IMG/VR virus record: IMGVR_UViG_3300020161_002395
Location: 100,711 to 164,710 of that record
Source: a virus
Lineage: Duplodnaviria; Caudoviricetes
Direction: 5' to 3' (one strand)
Length of the DNA stretch: 64,000 nucleotides
Shown here in pieces: positions 1-12,400 of the stretch. The notes under the pieces were generated by a model. It was not told where the DNA came from, ran no database searches, and was given only the letters and a program-made list of their open reading frames with translations. Made by a program: the position numbers and the translations under genes. The number at the start of each line of letters is the position of its first letter. Positions within the stretch are counted from its first letter, which is position 1.

Positions 1-367
1 CATCGGTATAATTAGTACCAGTCACATGTCTTGTTTCAATTAAGTTTCTGGTTGGATCTCGATTAGTTGGGGAATTTCCATCAACTACCTTTGTATAAGT
101 TTCATTATATAAACTAGCATTAGACCCAGTACTGTTTGGTGTTAAATATGTAATAATACCAGTTGGATCAATAGATGTTCCACCATTACCGAATGCCATC
201 TCATGTATAATGCCTTGGTTGGTATTAGCAATACTCTGTGCCAAGGCAATACTCATATTTTCATAATGAATTGCATTTGTCTTATCAATGAATACCTCAT
301 TAGATAGTGGGTCATATATCTTTATATGACCTCTAATATGTACTCCTGTCATGTCTTTATTCTGCAT
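1..367 (-). CDS. Probable virion structural protein of the baseplate operon (3' end runs off window)
   Basis: Read manually: ATG at 367 after GAGAG, MQNKDMTGVHIRGHIKIYDPLSNEVFIDKTNAIHYENMSIALAQSIAN..., apparently continuing off the window edge. Not in the ORF track. Confidence 0.7.
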   Translation of the reverse strand, partial: MQNKDMTGVHIRGHIKIYDPLSNEVFIDKTNAIHYENMSIALAQSIANTNQGIIHEMAFGNGGTSIDPTGIITYLTPNSTGSNASLYNETYTKVVDGNSPTNRDPTRNLIETRHVTGTNYTD

Positions 368-386
368 ATTAATCTCTCTTATCCAT

Positions 387-395
387 ATATTTATC
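387..395 (-). promoter_or_regulatory. Putative late promoter (ATAAATA core)
   Basis: Minus-strand GATAAATAT ~20 nt upstream of the 367 start; the same core recurs before other structural genes. Confidence 0.45.
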
Positions 396-423
396 AAGTA
401 TTATTATCTACTGGTTTAATCAA

Positions 424-3400
424 TTACTTCAACACTGTATACCATATACCAGGCTCTGCTTTCAAAAATGTTGATACAACATCTGAACTGCCATACACAC
501 TACTATCATAATTTCCAATTCTAGTCCCTTGATTCAATAAATTTATATTATATCCGTCCCAATTTATTCCAGTACGTTTAACAATTGTAATTCTAGTACC
601 AGGTGTTAAATTGTTAGTCAATCGCATAGTTGATGATATCCCGTCCACTGAAAAATCAGCATCAAATTGTATATCACCAGCTGGACTATCTTGATTAATG
701 TTAACATTATGCACTTTATATGGTTTTTTCTTTAATCGTATATTACCAATGAAAAAATCCCATTTTAATATATCATCATGAAATTTTAATCCACTAATAT
801 GTGCTTCTTTACATCTATAGGTATAACTACCAACAATTACTATTTGATCAATTGCATAAGTTACATTAGATGCCCATACTGTACTATCATTGTATCCACC
901 TACAAATACTTCAATATCATCAGCTTGTCCATAATTAGATGGAATAGATGATGTAAAGCCAGTATCATAGTTCCATGGAGTTGATGATTTAGTTGGTATC
1001 ATATCATCTAATTGGATTATATTAGAACCAGTTGATACTATTTGTTTTGTAATATTAGTCTCGATATATGGAATGGTTTCACTCGCACCAATATCTTGTA
1101 CATATGATCCAGCGGTATGAACTACCGGTGTTCCTGTGCCAAGAGTTCCTCTACGCAATTTACTTAATACATTCCCGTTTATTTCAAAGTATTCAATACG
1201 TTCACCTCGTATTTCAACAACACCAGGTTTATTATTAAGTGGATTTGGATTATCGAAATTACTACCATCAGCCACAGTAATTATAATGTCATTCCATTTT
1301 AAATCATTGACTAATATTGTTTGTTTTTTCAAACTCAATCGTTTATAATGAGTTCTATTCAACATATCTTTGAATTGCATATAAGATATAGAAGGCAATA
1401 AAATATTACTTCCAAATGTAATTATTGAAAAGTCATCAGTTGATAATGAACCATCTTCAAGTTCAATAGATGATTTATTTTCATTCAATCTGTAATCTAC
1501 ACTCGGTACTAGTAATATTCCATTTTTAACAACCCATACATAATTATCATTGATAACTGGTCTATCTAACGTGATAATTCCACCTAAAATATTATTATAT
1601 GTATAATATTCTGGCTCTTCTGGTGTTAAAATGATATCTAAATTCAAGTCCGAACGTTGAATATCTAAACTAGAATGTTCATATGAATTAATAATCTCAA
1701 CCGAGTGTGAACTATCATAACTTTGATTGAAATATATTTTTGATGGCTCATTTGTAGTCGCAGGAATAATAGAATATCCCTGTTCACTTATTAAACTAAT
1801 AATTAATTGTTTTCCATTATATTGATTGTAAATATTTTTTGTTATTTTTACAGTTATACCACTTAAATCAACTGAATAATCTTCTCCAATTATTAATAAA
1901 TTACCATCAGCGTACACTTTTATTGTATATACATCATCTTTATACGGTTGTTTTTTAAGTTTATCAACGGTATAATTCAATTTATTACTTTTTAAAGTAT
2001 AATAACTATTATTCGGTGATTTTAATATGGTTTGATCTACTCTTACAATTACTTTTGATTCAATTTGGAATGAATCACCATATGACGACATTAACATATA
2101 TGGACTGTCAGCTGATCTACCATCTACTGGAATTTTTTCAATTTTGGAAAACGAAAATGATCTACTTGCACCATTATTAATTATATAATCTATATTTGAA
2201 TAACTGACAGGTGCTTCATCAAATTTAATTGCTATAAACCCATCAAGATTTATCAAATTGTATGAACCTGGTGTACCATTTACATTAACTAAAGATGAAA
2301 CTGGAGTAATCCATGGTGCTTTTGTTAAAAATTCCTTAGTATTACCATCTCCTACAATGTGTCCAACATCCAATAAATTATTACCACTGTATCCAATCTC
2401 ATATATGGATATCAATGAATCAGCAGCAGGCACTTGATTAAAAACTACAGCGTTATTAATACCATCTATTATATAATCATCACTAATATTTTTTATTACA
2501 GATTGATTAGCATTCGTTAACTTTACAATTATAGATTTATTGTTAACATTTTTATATGTTATTGGGAATGATTTTATAACACCATCTGCATAATAATTAT
2601 CAATGTTTACATTAGCCGAACCATTCGATTGCATATCAAACACTTTAATTGCTACTGAATCCACGATTTGTCCTGGTACTACCTCTTCTGGTGCCGGACT
2701 TGATGTTGGTGTAACAAATCCATCACCATCAATGATAATATCATCAGCGGCCAATCCCTTTGCTGTTGAATATGCCAAATCTCCACCACTTAATGCAGTA
2801 TCATAATCAGCTTCTAATGGTTTTATTGACCCATCGCTTGTTATTTTTCTGAAAATAAACTCATCATTAGTTCCAACCGCGACAGTATTTGGTATGGTTA
2901 TAGTTCTATGAATTCCATCACCAATAAAAGATGACATTACTGCATTTTCATTAGATTGTCCATCAGTATTATAATATTGATCATCTATTCTAACAGGATT
3001 GTCAGTTGAACCATCTGGTTTATGATATATATTTATTACATCCCCATTATCTGGAATATATGGGAGGTTAAATTCTCGTGTATCAGCAGCAACATAAACA
3101 ATATAATCATCAAATGTTGAATCCATTGTATCCCATTTATCTGAATAATACGGTGAGCTATCCCATCCTCTGCTTACTTCAAACCCAAGACCACTAACAA
3201 TAACTCCACCATAATCCATCCCAGTCATTAATTGCGATAAATCTTTTCCTAAATCACCATCACCAGGATTGTAATAATATTGAATTCTATCAGCAGCATT
3301 TAATAAAGACCAGTCTTTAATATATGTTATTGAAATAATAGCATTATTTGTTGGTGGAGTTAAAAATGTAATCGATCCTATATAATTTGTATGTCCATTT

Positions 3401-6400
3401 ACAATTGTTTTTACAATTTTTAATTTGTAATCATCTCGTAATGCATCGATACCATTAATTGTTACACTTGATGTTCCTATTCTAACATCAGGTGCCCATT
3501 TTAATGGGAATATTAGTCTTGAACCAGATCCAGAAAATGTTTCTGTTTCTTGTAATTTAGTAATATAATATGACTGAGTAATTCTATCAAATTTTATTTT
3601 AATTAGGTTTGAACGAATAACACCATCTCCAATAATAGCAACTGCTGTTGCTTTTTTTCCAGTGATTGATATCCCGCCTTCAAGCTGAATAGTTGGCGCT
3701 GATAAATATCCAGTACCACTAGTCATTAAAATTATACGAGTTACTTTCCCGTTTGCGATAAAAGCCTTGGCTGTCGCAGTCATTTTTGATTTACCAATAA
3801 TATTTACAACCGGTTCACTGATATACCCTTCACCTCCATCAACCACTATGATATTAAGTAGATTGAATCCAACATTATCTACCCAGTGTTTCCATGGGTA
3901 TGATTGTATATGTGAATCATCAATGTTAATAATACCGTCTACTACATTGGTGTCAATTATTCCATTATTTCCATTATCATATACAGGTGGTATATCAAAG
4001 TCGGTTATTGATAATTGATTCAAATCAGTTTTATTATATGCACTAATATATTCACGTACTATAGTTCGATACGGTTTTACTTCGGATACATAGTCTTCAA
4101 AATTTGTTAGATTATCATTTCTATAAGTAACAGATTGATGCAATTCACCTAAATTATGGGTTGCTTTTATAAAACTGGTTTTAAATATCCAATCGACATA
4201 TGTTTGTTCACTTAATACATATCTCACACATGTAAAAAATAAATTCAAATATTCAGTTTTTAAATCATCAATGAAAATATCAGTTTTAATGCTATTCAAA
4301 ATAACTCTGAGTTCAGTTGATGCACTATTATCAAAAATGCCACCATCATATAACAAATTATCATACCCAACGATTGAATGGGAAAATTCATATAATGATT
4401 TACTTAATTGAATAGTTCCATTCTGCGATGCTATAATTTGATACGAGCTAGTCCAATCAATAGATTGAGATTCAGCGTACTTTTTCAATACAACCCATGT
4501 TCCTAAATTTGTGTAACGAACTTTAACCAATTCACCAATATTAACTTCAATTGAATTTAAATCACTATATGTATCAACTGAATATTGGATCGCACTAAAT
4601 TGATTATATCCGTCAGCATACCAATCAATATACCCCCAATACTTTCTAGTATCATATGTTTGTGAACGTATTCTAGACCATAATAAAGTGGTTGGATCAT
4701 AAGAATATATACTCCATACATCTGATGATTGTGAATCACTATGTACCAACACAGAATAATCCCTAACTATCATAATAGTATTATCATTATATCCATATCC
4801 ACTATTCACGATTGTAGCACCAATAATTTGACCATAGTTATTAATATTAGCTTTTATTACTGCATCAACACCAGACCCAACTACTTCTATAAATGGTGCA
4901 TTGATATATCCTCTACCCGAACTTATTATATTAATACCAATAATTCTACCATCTGTTATCTGAGGCTCGATAACAGGTCTAGAATAAGAATTAATATTTG
5001 CAAATCTTAATTCTGCATCAGTATCAACCATCTCATCATATAATCCTCTAATAACATGTGGCTCTGCTTCATAACTTTCTAAATTACTAATGTCACGGGT
5101 CTCGGTTATTAATACAGACTTTAATATTAAATTGGCTTGTTCAACATATTGTTTTAATGCCTCATATCTATTAATAAACATGCTTTGATTTGGTCGGAAT
5201 TCAACACCATATCGTAATTTTAATGGTAATGATGTATCAGGAAGTACTCTATCTTGTGCATCCTTTCCGCATAAACTATCAATCCATTTTTTTTCTATTA
5301 AAGATGGTATGTTACTATTAATATCCGTACCCACCATTTTCCATTGTGAATGAATATTATTCTCGCTATTATCAACCAACCAATATTCAACCGATAATAC
5401 AACATTTTTATCATTTAGTAACGATTTTATATTGACTAAACTAAATGAATTTGAGCCAGTCAATGCAAGGTATTGATATCCTTCTCCACGTGGATTAGAT
5501 ATTAAACTAGATATATTCTGTGCAGAAATATGTCTACCAGATGTATTTGGTGTGGTTTTTTTATTCTTAACCCAATAATAATACGTATTCTTAAATGTTT
5601 TACTAACATTATCATATTTTCTTTTTATACTATATGCTAAATCTCCATATAATGATTGGCCACTCATTCCGATAGTCAATCCAACTTCGGTGTCAGCCTG
5701 CAAGTCCCATTCTGATGGTAGGTATTTTGATTCAACCCATTCATAAATATCAACCGATGCGCCCGTAGCTAGTGTACTCCATGTACTATTTCTATAAACA
5801 ATATCATTATCATTGCTGTCAACAAATTTTGAAGTTCTTAAATCCCACCATAATGTTCCGACATTTTTAGTAGTCCATGCCATCCCATCATCAACATTAA
5901 CAGCTGGTGTACCAACTGAATATATAGCTGGATCATAAAAAACCTTATATTTTATTTCAGAGTCAGCAATACCTGCTATTTTACCATTCAATGGATCAAT
6001 AATATCCAAATATTTTATTAATTCATTAGTTGATTTATTATATAAAAATGCCTGTTTGATTTTTTTAACATCCGGAATCAATATTTCATTATGCTTAATG
6101 GTCCAGCTGTAAGTATTTGGCTGTTTTCTATATTCATATATTACACCAGATTTTATAGTATTATAAGTAGCATATGGGGAGCTAACAATTACACAGTCTG
6201 AGGCCGCTATCAGAACCGTTCCATACCCATCTTCTTCAGAATCAGTCATTTCCAAGCTTTCACTAAAAACCCATTTAGATCCATATTGGTTATAGACATC
6301 AATTCTTCCACTGTCTAAATTGTTTTCATCAATAAACTGGGTAGTACTATCATCAAATATAGTGTTATCTGTAAAATTCAATTTTACAACTGTATCTGCA

Positions 6401-9400
6401 TTTTTACTATAAACCAATAAAGTTTTATAATCATTTGCAAATAATATTTTTGTACCAAAGTACCCAGATACCTCCGGACTATTGTTTATCAATTCTTGAT
6501 ATTGGATATACGTGCCAGTATCTTTATAAACAATCACTTTGCCTTCATTATTTTTTTCACCATCAAATAATATATCTGAAATTGAAATATATTCACCAGT
6601 AGGTGATATTGTTATATCTTTTCCAAAATATGAATTGGTACCTGTAATAGTTTGGGTCAATATATCATTTTTATATACAAAAACTTTTCCGTCCAAATCA
6701 ACATTTCCAGGTGCTGAAATTAAAATAGTATTTCCATCATTAGTACCAATTATTTTATTTCCATATCCGCTATTGGTATTAGTACCATGTTTTGTTTTTG
6801 CAGTATTATATTTCCATTCTGTTGTAGTAAATGTTACCATACCGGACGGAGTTGAATCTGGTTCCGCATTTAATAGTACTGTTTTATTAACAGAATTTAC
6901 ACTAACTACTTTTTGAGATTTTGTAAATCCTGTACCATGCGCGGTCATCCCAGCTTGTATGCCTGATACATTAGATAATTTTATTGTTGTACTAATGCTT
7001 CCAATTTCATCATAATATGCAGTTGCCCAGACAGTATCATTGTATTCCAGTTTATACACCGTGCCGTTTCCATAATCAGCACCTACATATAAACAATTAC
7101 TTCCGAAGAATAAACTTGAACCAAATTTTTCATTTTGTGTAGGATTTGGACTTAATACAGTATCAACTAATGTATAGATATTATTAATATCCTTTTCATA
7201 TAATGATATTACACCATGGTTAGTAATACTAGATTCATTCGACTGTTCATTAATAACATTCATAAACCCGTTTAATTGATACGAACCATAACTAACTGTT
7301 GATGAACCAGTTGCCATCCATCTTCCATCACTAGACATTGCAATTGTTGTTGCAATACTGGTTGGGTTTACATTCACAATAGTTGGTGTTATGAATGGGA
7401 TCTCGATAATTTGACGTTGAACCCATGGACTAGTTGTACTTCCTCTATCATAGGTGATGACTTCACCAGTATCTAACGTGGTTGCTATTAATCTAGCATC
7501 TGAACTTATTTCAATCACCTTTCCATATTTTAAGTTATTAATTGGATTTCTATATAAATGTGAATAGCGTGTATATACCGGTGAATATTCCCATGTTGAC
7601 CATAACCCAGAACCATTATCATCTGTCCACAATAACTCTTTTTCTTTTAATATTTTTGGCAATTTTAGATCAATATTATCAATTGAATCAACTCGTTGAC
7701 TATCAAATGAATAAATTATTGTATTTTCATTATTATCATATGGAGCTGTAAACTGTAATCCTTTAATGTCAATAGTTAATACATTAAGTTCAACACCTGA
7801 TATCTTATAAAATCCACTGATTCCTGTTGTTGTAAATGAATTATCAACTTTTATGTTTTCTCTAATTCCAATATAAGATCCAACTGCCAATGATATCAAC
7901 CTGTCAGTTGTAATTGTTAATACATTATTATCATATGTAATATTATTAATTACAAGATTAGTATCAGTGTATCTGTAAACGTTCCATCCATTTATGTCAA
8001 ATGAACACCATACATAATCACCATTAACAAATTTGGTGATATCCTGTTTTAAAATTTCATCAATTGATTTTAGACTAATTAATACCTCATTTTCTCTAAC
8101 ATAACCAGCTGTTCTTAAAAATGGTTTTTTATCTGTCAACATTGGCCATGGATTTGAGTTATATCCAATTGGTTTTAAATATACATCGTTTTGTGATTGT
8201 CTTATGATAAAATCAACAGAAGATGAGTTAACTTTATCTATTAATTCTACACCCTGTGGATTGTTCTTGAACAATGATTCATCCAATATAAACTCAATAT
8301 TTTCATATGAACTACTTGCACCATATTGACCGACCCTAACTGCCCATTCTTCATTGAATTTTAAACTTTCTTGGTTATCAGCACTTAATACATCAAATAA
8401 TTTATTAAATACATTTTGTGTACCTTTTTCAATGATCATGCCTTGGTAAAATTTGAACTCACTAACATCATCTTGAATTATATTTTCTAAATATTGTCGT
8501 TTTTGATATCCAATTAAATGCTGTGCCATTTTTTGTTGTGTTATATCAAAATTATCACTATCCAAACTATAAAAATCTTCAAACTGACTGGCTTTATAAT
8601 TCCAATTTGGTAATAATGCTGGTACTGGTTTTTTATCTAATTTAATCCATAACGTATGATTGAATTCAGCAGTACCATTTATAAATTTACTAGCACTATA
8701 ATAAAATTCTTTATATTTTACTATATCGCCTAATGCATAATCTTTCCATGCTTCCCAATCTTGGATTTTAGCTTGATCAAAAATAAACCCAGGTACATCA
8801 AAAGCACCGTACCAACCAATACTAAGATACCCAGCTACTTTTATTCTATCTTGTTTATACCCACTTTCTGGATTGTAAATCGTGTCATTGAACATGGTAG
8901 AGTTATCAATAATGACGACTTGTTCTTTCTGCACTAAGAAAAATGTTGCACCATAAATGCCATCATCACCAATCGGTGTGTAAGTAACGGCATTATCTTC
9001 TCTATAAGAATTTAAAAAATTATATGGTATTGTTTGTCCATCAACACGATAGATTTCATAACCATTAAATGAATTAGTAATATCATCAACAACTGACATT
9101 GGCGAACTGAATGTCAATTTTTCAGCCGATGGGCTTAATGAAATTACAGAACTACCAATTGTACTCAATCCATCCAATTTTACAAAATCATTAGTATTAA
9201 ATATAGATGATTGCGAATTTCGTATTGCACGATAATAATCACCATTATACATAACAATCGACCCATATGATACTAATGCATCAGCATCCCAATCATCCCA
9301 TTTATCCTGTCCAGTTGACCAATTTTGAGTAGTCCAGAATAAAAATTCTTTCGCACTTGTTTCCCAATTGGTCACACTAGATAAATTAGTATTAAAATCA

Positions 9401-12400
9401 TCAAAAATAAAACCTTGATCTTTTAAGTATTCACCATATCCTTGAAGAAAATCTACAACTTCCTGTGTTGTTCTAAATTTAGTATTATAAGGAATTGTTA
9501 ATGCTGTTTCTCTATCCCATCTTTTTCTAAGTATCGCATCTTTTCCACCTATAATAGGTAAATCAGGTAAAATTTGATAATATGATTGATCAAATGATGC
9601 GCTAGTTGTATGTAACGATTTTACTCTATAATATTTCCCATTATAATTTACAATTTTACCAGCAGAATATTGTTGATTTGATGTCCATAAAAGATAACTT
9701 TCTGATATCCCACCGACATTTATTGTAATACCAGATTGTTGCCATGCATAATATTTAAAATATGGTGTTGTTTTACTGTATCCCTTTACTTCAAAACCAT
9801 CAGGCAGTTTTGTAACAATTACCCCACTGTAAGTAATCTTTTTAATAGGGTTAGAACTATTCAAAATTATATCATAATTTTCGTGTGGTACAAAAACATT
9901 ACCAGTTGATAATGGTGTTTTTGAATCCAGCAATAAATTGAATTTTTCTTTACTAGTAAAAGATCCAAGTCTATGAGAGATTCTAGGTGTGATATTAGTC
10001 AAATCATATTGATATTGTGTATATGATTTTAAATTATCACTCAATATATAATTTACTAGATAATTGATTATACCAGATGTTTGTGAACGATTTATACTCG
10101 ATTGGATGCTTGGCAATACAATATCACTTGGTTTTATGCGTAAGCCAGTATCTTTATACACTAATTGGTCGGTTTTATTTCTAATAATTCTTGATCTATC
10201 TAATAAAACACCGATAGTTTGATTTGGTTTTAATAACATTATAGTAATTATTATCGCAAATGGATAATACGAACTACGTCTCCATGCTGATTCAATTGGA
10301 CTCATATCTCCAAAAACAAAATCACCACTAACTGATTCAGTAATAATACCATTCGCTAAATCAGACATGAGAGGACTTATTAATTCTCCATATTCATCAA
10401 CTGGAATATGTGATGTAATGAATGGTTTAGCATATCTTTCTAATTTAATAGTTGGTTTTCCTGGTTCTTTTACAAATCCATTACTTATATCATCCCATAA
10501 TACAAAGTTATTACTGGTATATGGAGCTGGCCCATATACATCAGTCCACCAGTATGGTTCTTCTGTAAATCCCAACATTTCCCATGGACATAAATGTGGT
10601 CTATCAGTATCTAAAATCCATTTATATACACCTCTCCAATATCCTGGTACTGTACTCCCATCTGGTGCTGAATGACCTGAATAATTGTAAGTAAATGAAT
10701 TACTTCTATCAAAACTTAATGGTTTTGAAAAATCACGGTCGATCAACGATGTCCATTTATAAAAATTAGGTGCTAATACATTATTAAATTCTGACAAACT
10801 ATATTCAGTTTTTCTATTGTATCCTGGAATAATGTCATTTATATCAAATATAGTTGTATCATATGTTACTTTAATATTATTATATATTCTCTTTTCTAAT
10901 TCAAGTAACAATGCATCACGGTAATCTGGTGTACCATTAACATCATATGTACCATATGCTAATACTTGACTACCATCATGTCCTTGTATCATCCAACGTG
11001 GAGTTACAAAACTAGTGTCTAGATATATCATTGGTTGATATTTTGGAAATATTCCCAATTTTGTTGGTGTTTCTGGTATGAAACACCCATCGGTATTTTC
11101 ATATTCATAAATGGTTATTACATCATCATTAACCAGTTTAGATGTTATTACAACAAAACCTTGTGTATCAAAATAATAATCACGACTATATAATAATTGT
11201 TCGTCATTGACATATACAATCACAGATTTATTAGAAAGTAATTCCATGGAGAATACAGTAGTCAGTGGATAAAGTTTTATTCTATAATCTACTACTTGTA
11301 TAATAGTTTTTATACTTGCACCACATGGGGCCATATCACTAAAATAATAAGGAAAAGTATTTGGTTTATCTTTATTAATTTTATCTAATACCAAGTTCAC
11401 ATGTGATATTATATCGGTATCTACACCAGTCTGTTCAGCTACTTTAATAAAATTTCTTTTGAATTTACCGTAATCATCTCTACTCTTTTCAATTGATCTA
11501 ATAATATTATTAGTTTCAGTTGTAATATGATATAATGATAAACTAGCTGGACCACTATGTTGTATGAATCGAGTACCGTACTGTGATGTATTACCTAAAT
11601 CTCTTAAATTACTAATACCAGGAAAAAAACCAACAAATGTTGATAAATTGTCAACAATAGAATTAACATGATCAATGATTTCCCCTAAAGTAAAATCGGT
11701 CATTTCATCATTCATTGGATTATTCTGTAGATTTAATGGAATTTCATAGTAACCAGTTTCATTAATTAGTTGTGATGAAAATGCTCTAATTGTTAATACA
11801 TCAGTGGTCATTAAATCGACAGCTAACTGTATAACCTTGTATACAGGACCATCAGTAATGTTCCAGTTAGATTTGTCTAATCTAACACCATTAACGTACA
11901 ATTTGACTGTCAAATCACTTAACTCATTAATATTATCAAAAATATCAATTTCAAAATTGTTTACTTGGTTGGATGATTTGTAAATTCTAATTGCCGCTTG
12001 TGTATTATCTAGTGTATTTTTTTGCCAACCGTTTACATATATGATATTACCAGAATAATCCATTTTTGACAAATAACCAACATTAATTTTTTTATCAATA
12101 ACTGAGGTTAGTTCTTTATATATAAATGAATCTGACACCATATTAAAATTAAAAACAATATCACCTATATTATTAATATTCTTATATGATAAAGGAAATC
12201 CTAATACAGAATCATTTGATCCAGTACCAATTTTATATGAAAATATCTTAGTTCCGTTAAAGGTAGTTCCAGTGAACACACTTGCATCACTGTAACTCAC
12301 ACCATTTTCATCAACAACATCAAATAATGGTGGTTGATTTAATGAGGTTTTTTGCTGTGTTTTTACCCAACTTTCACCATTAAACCAATACATATCACCT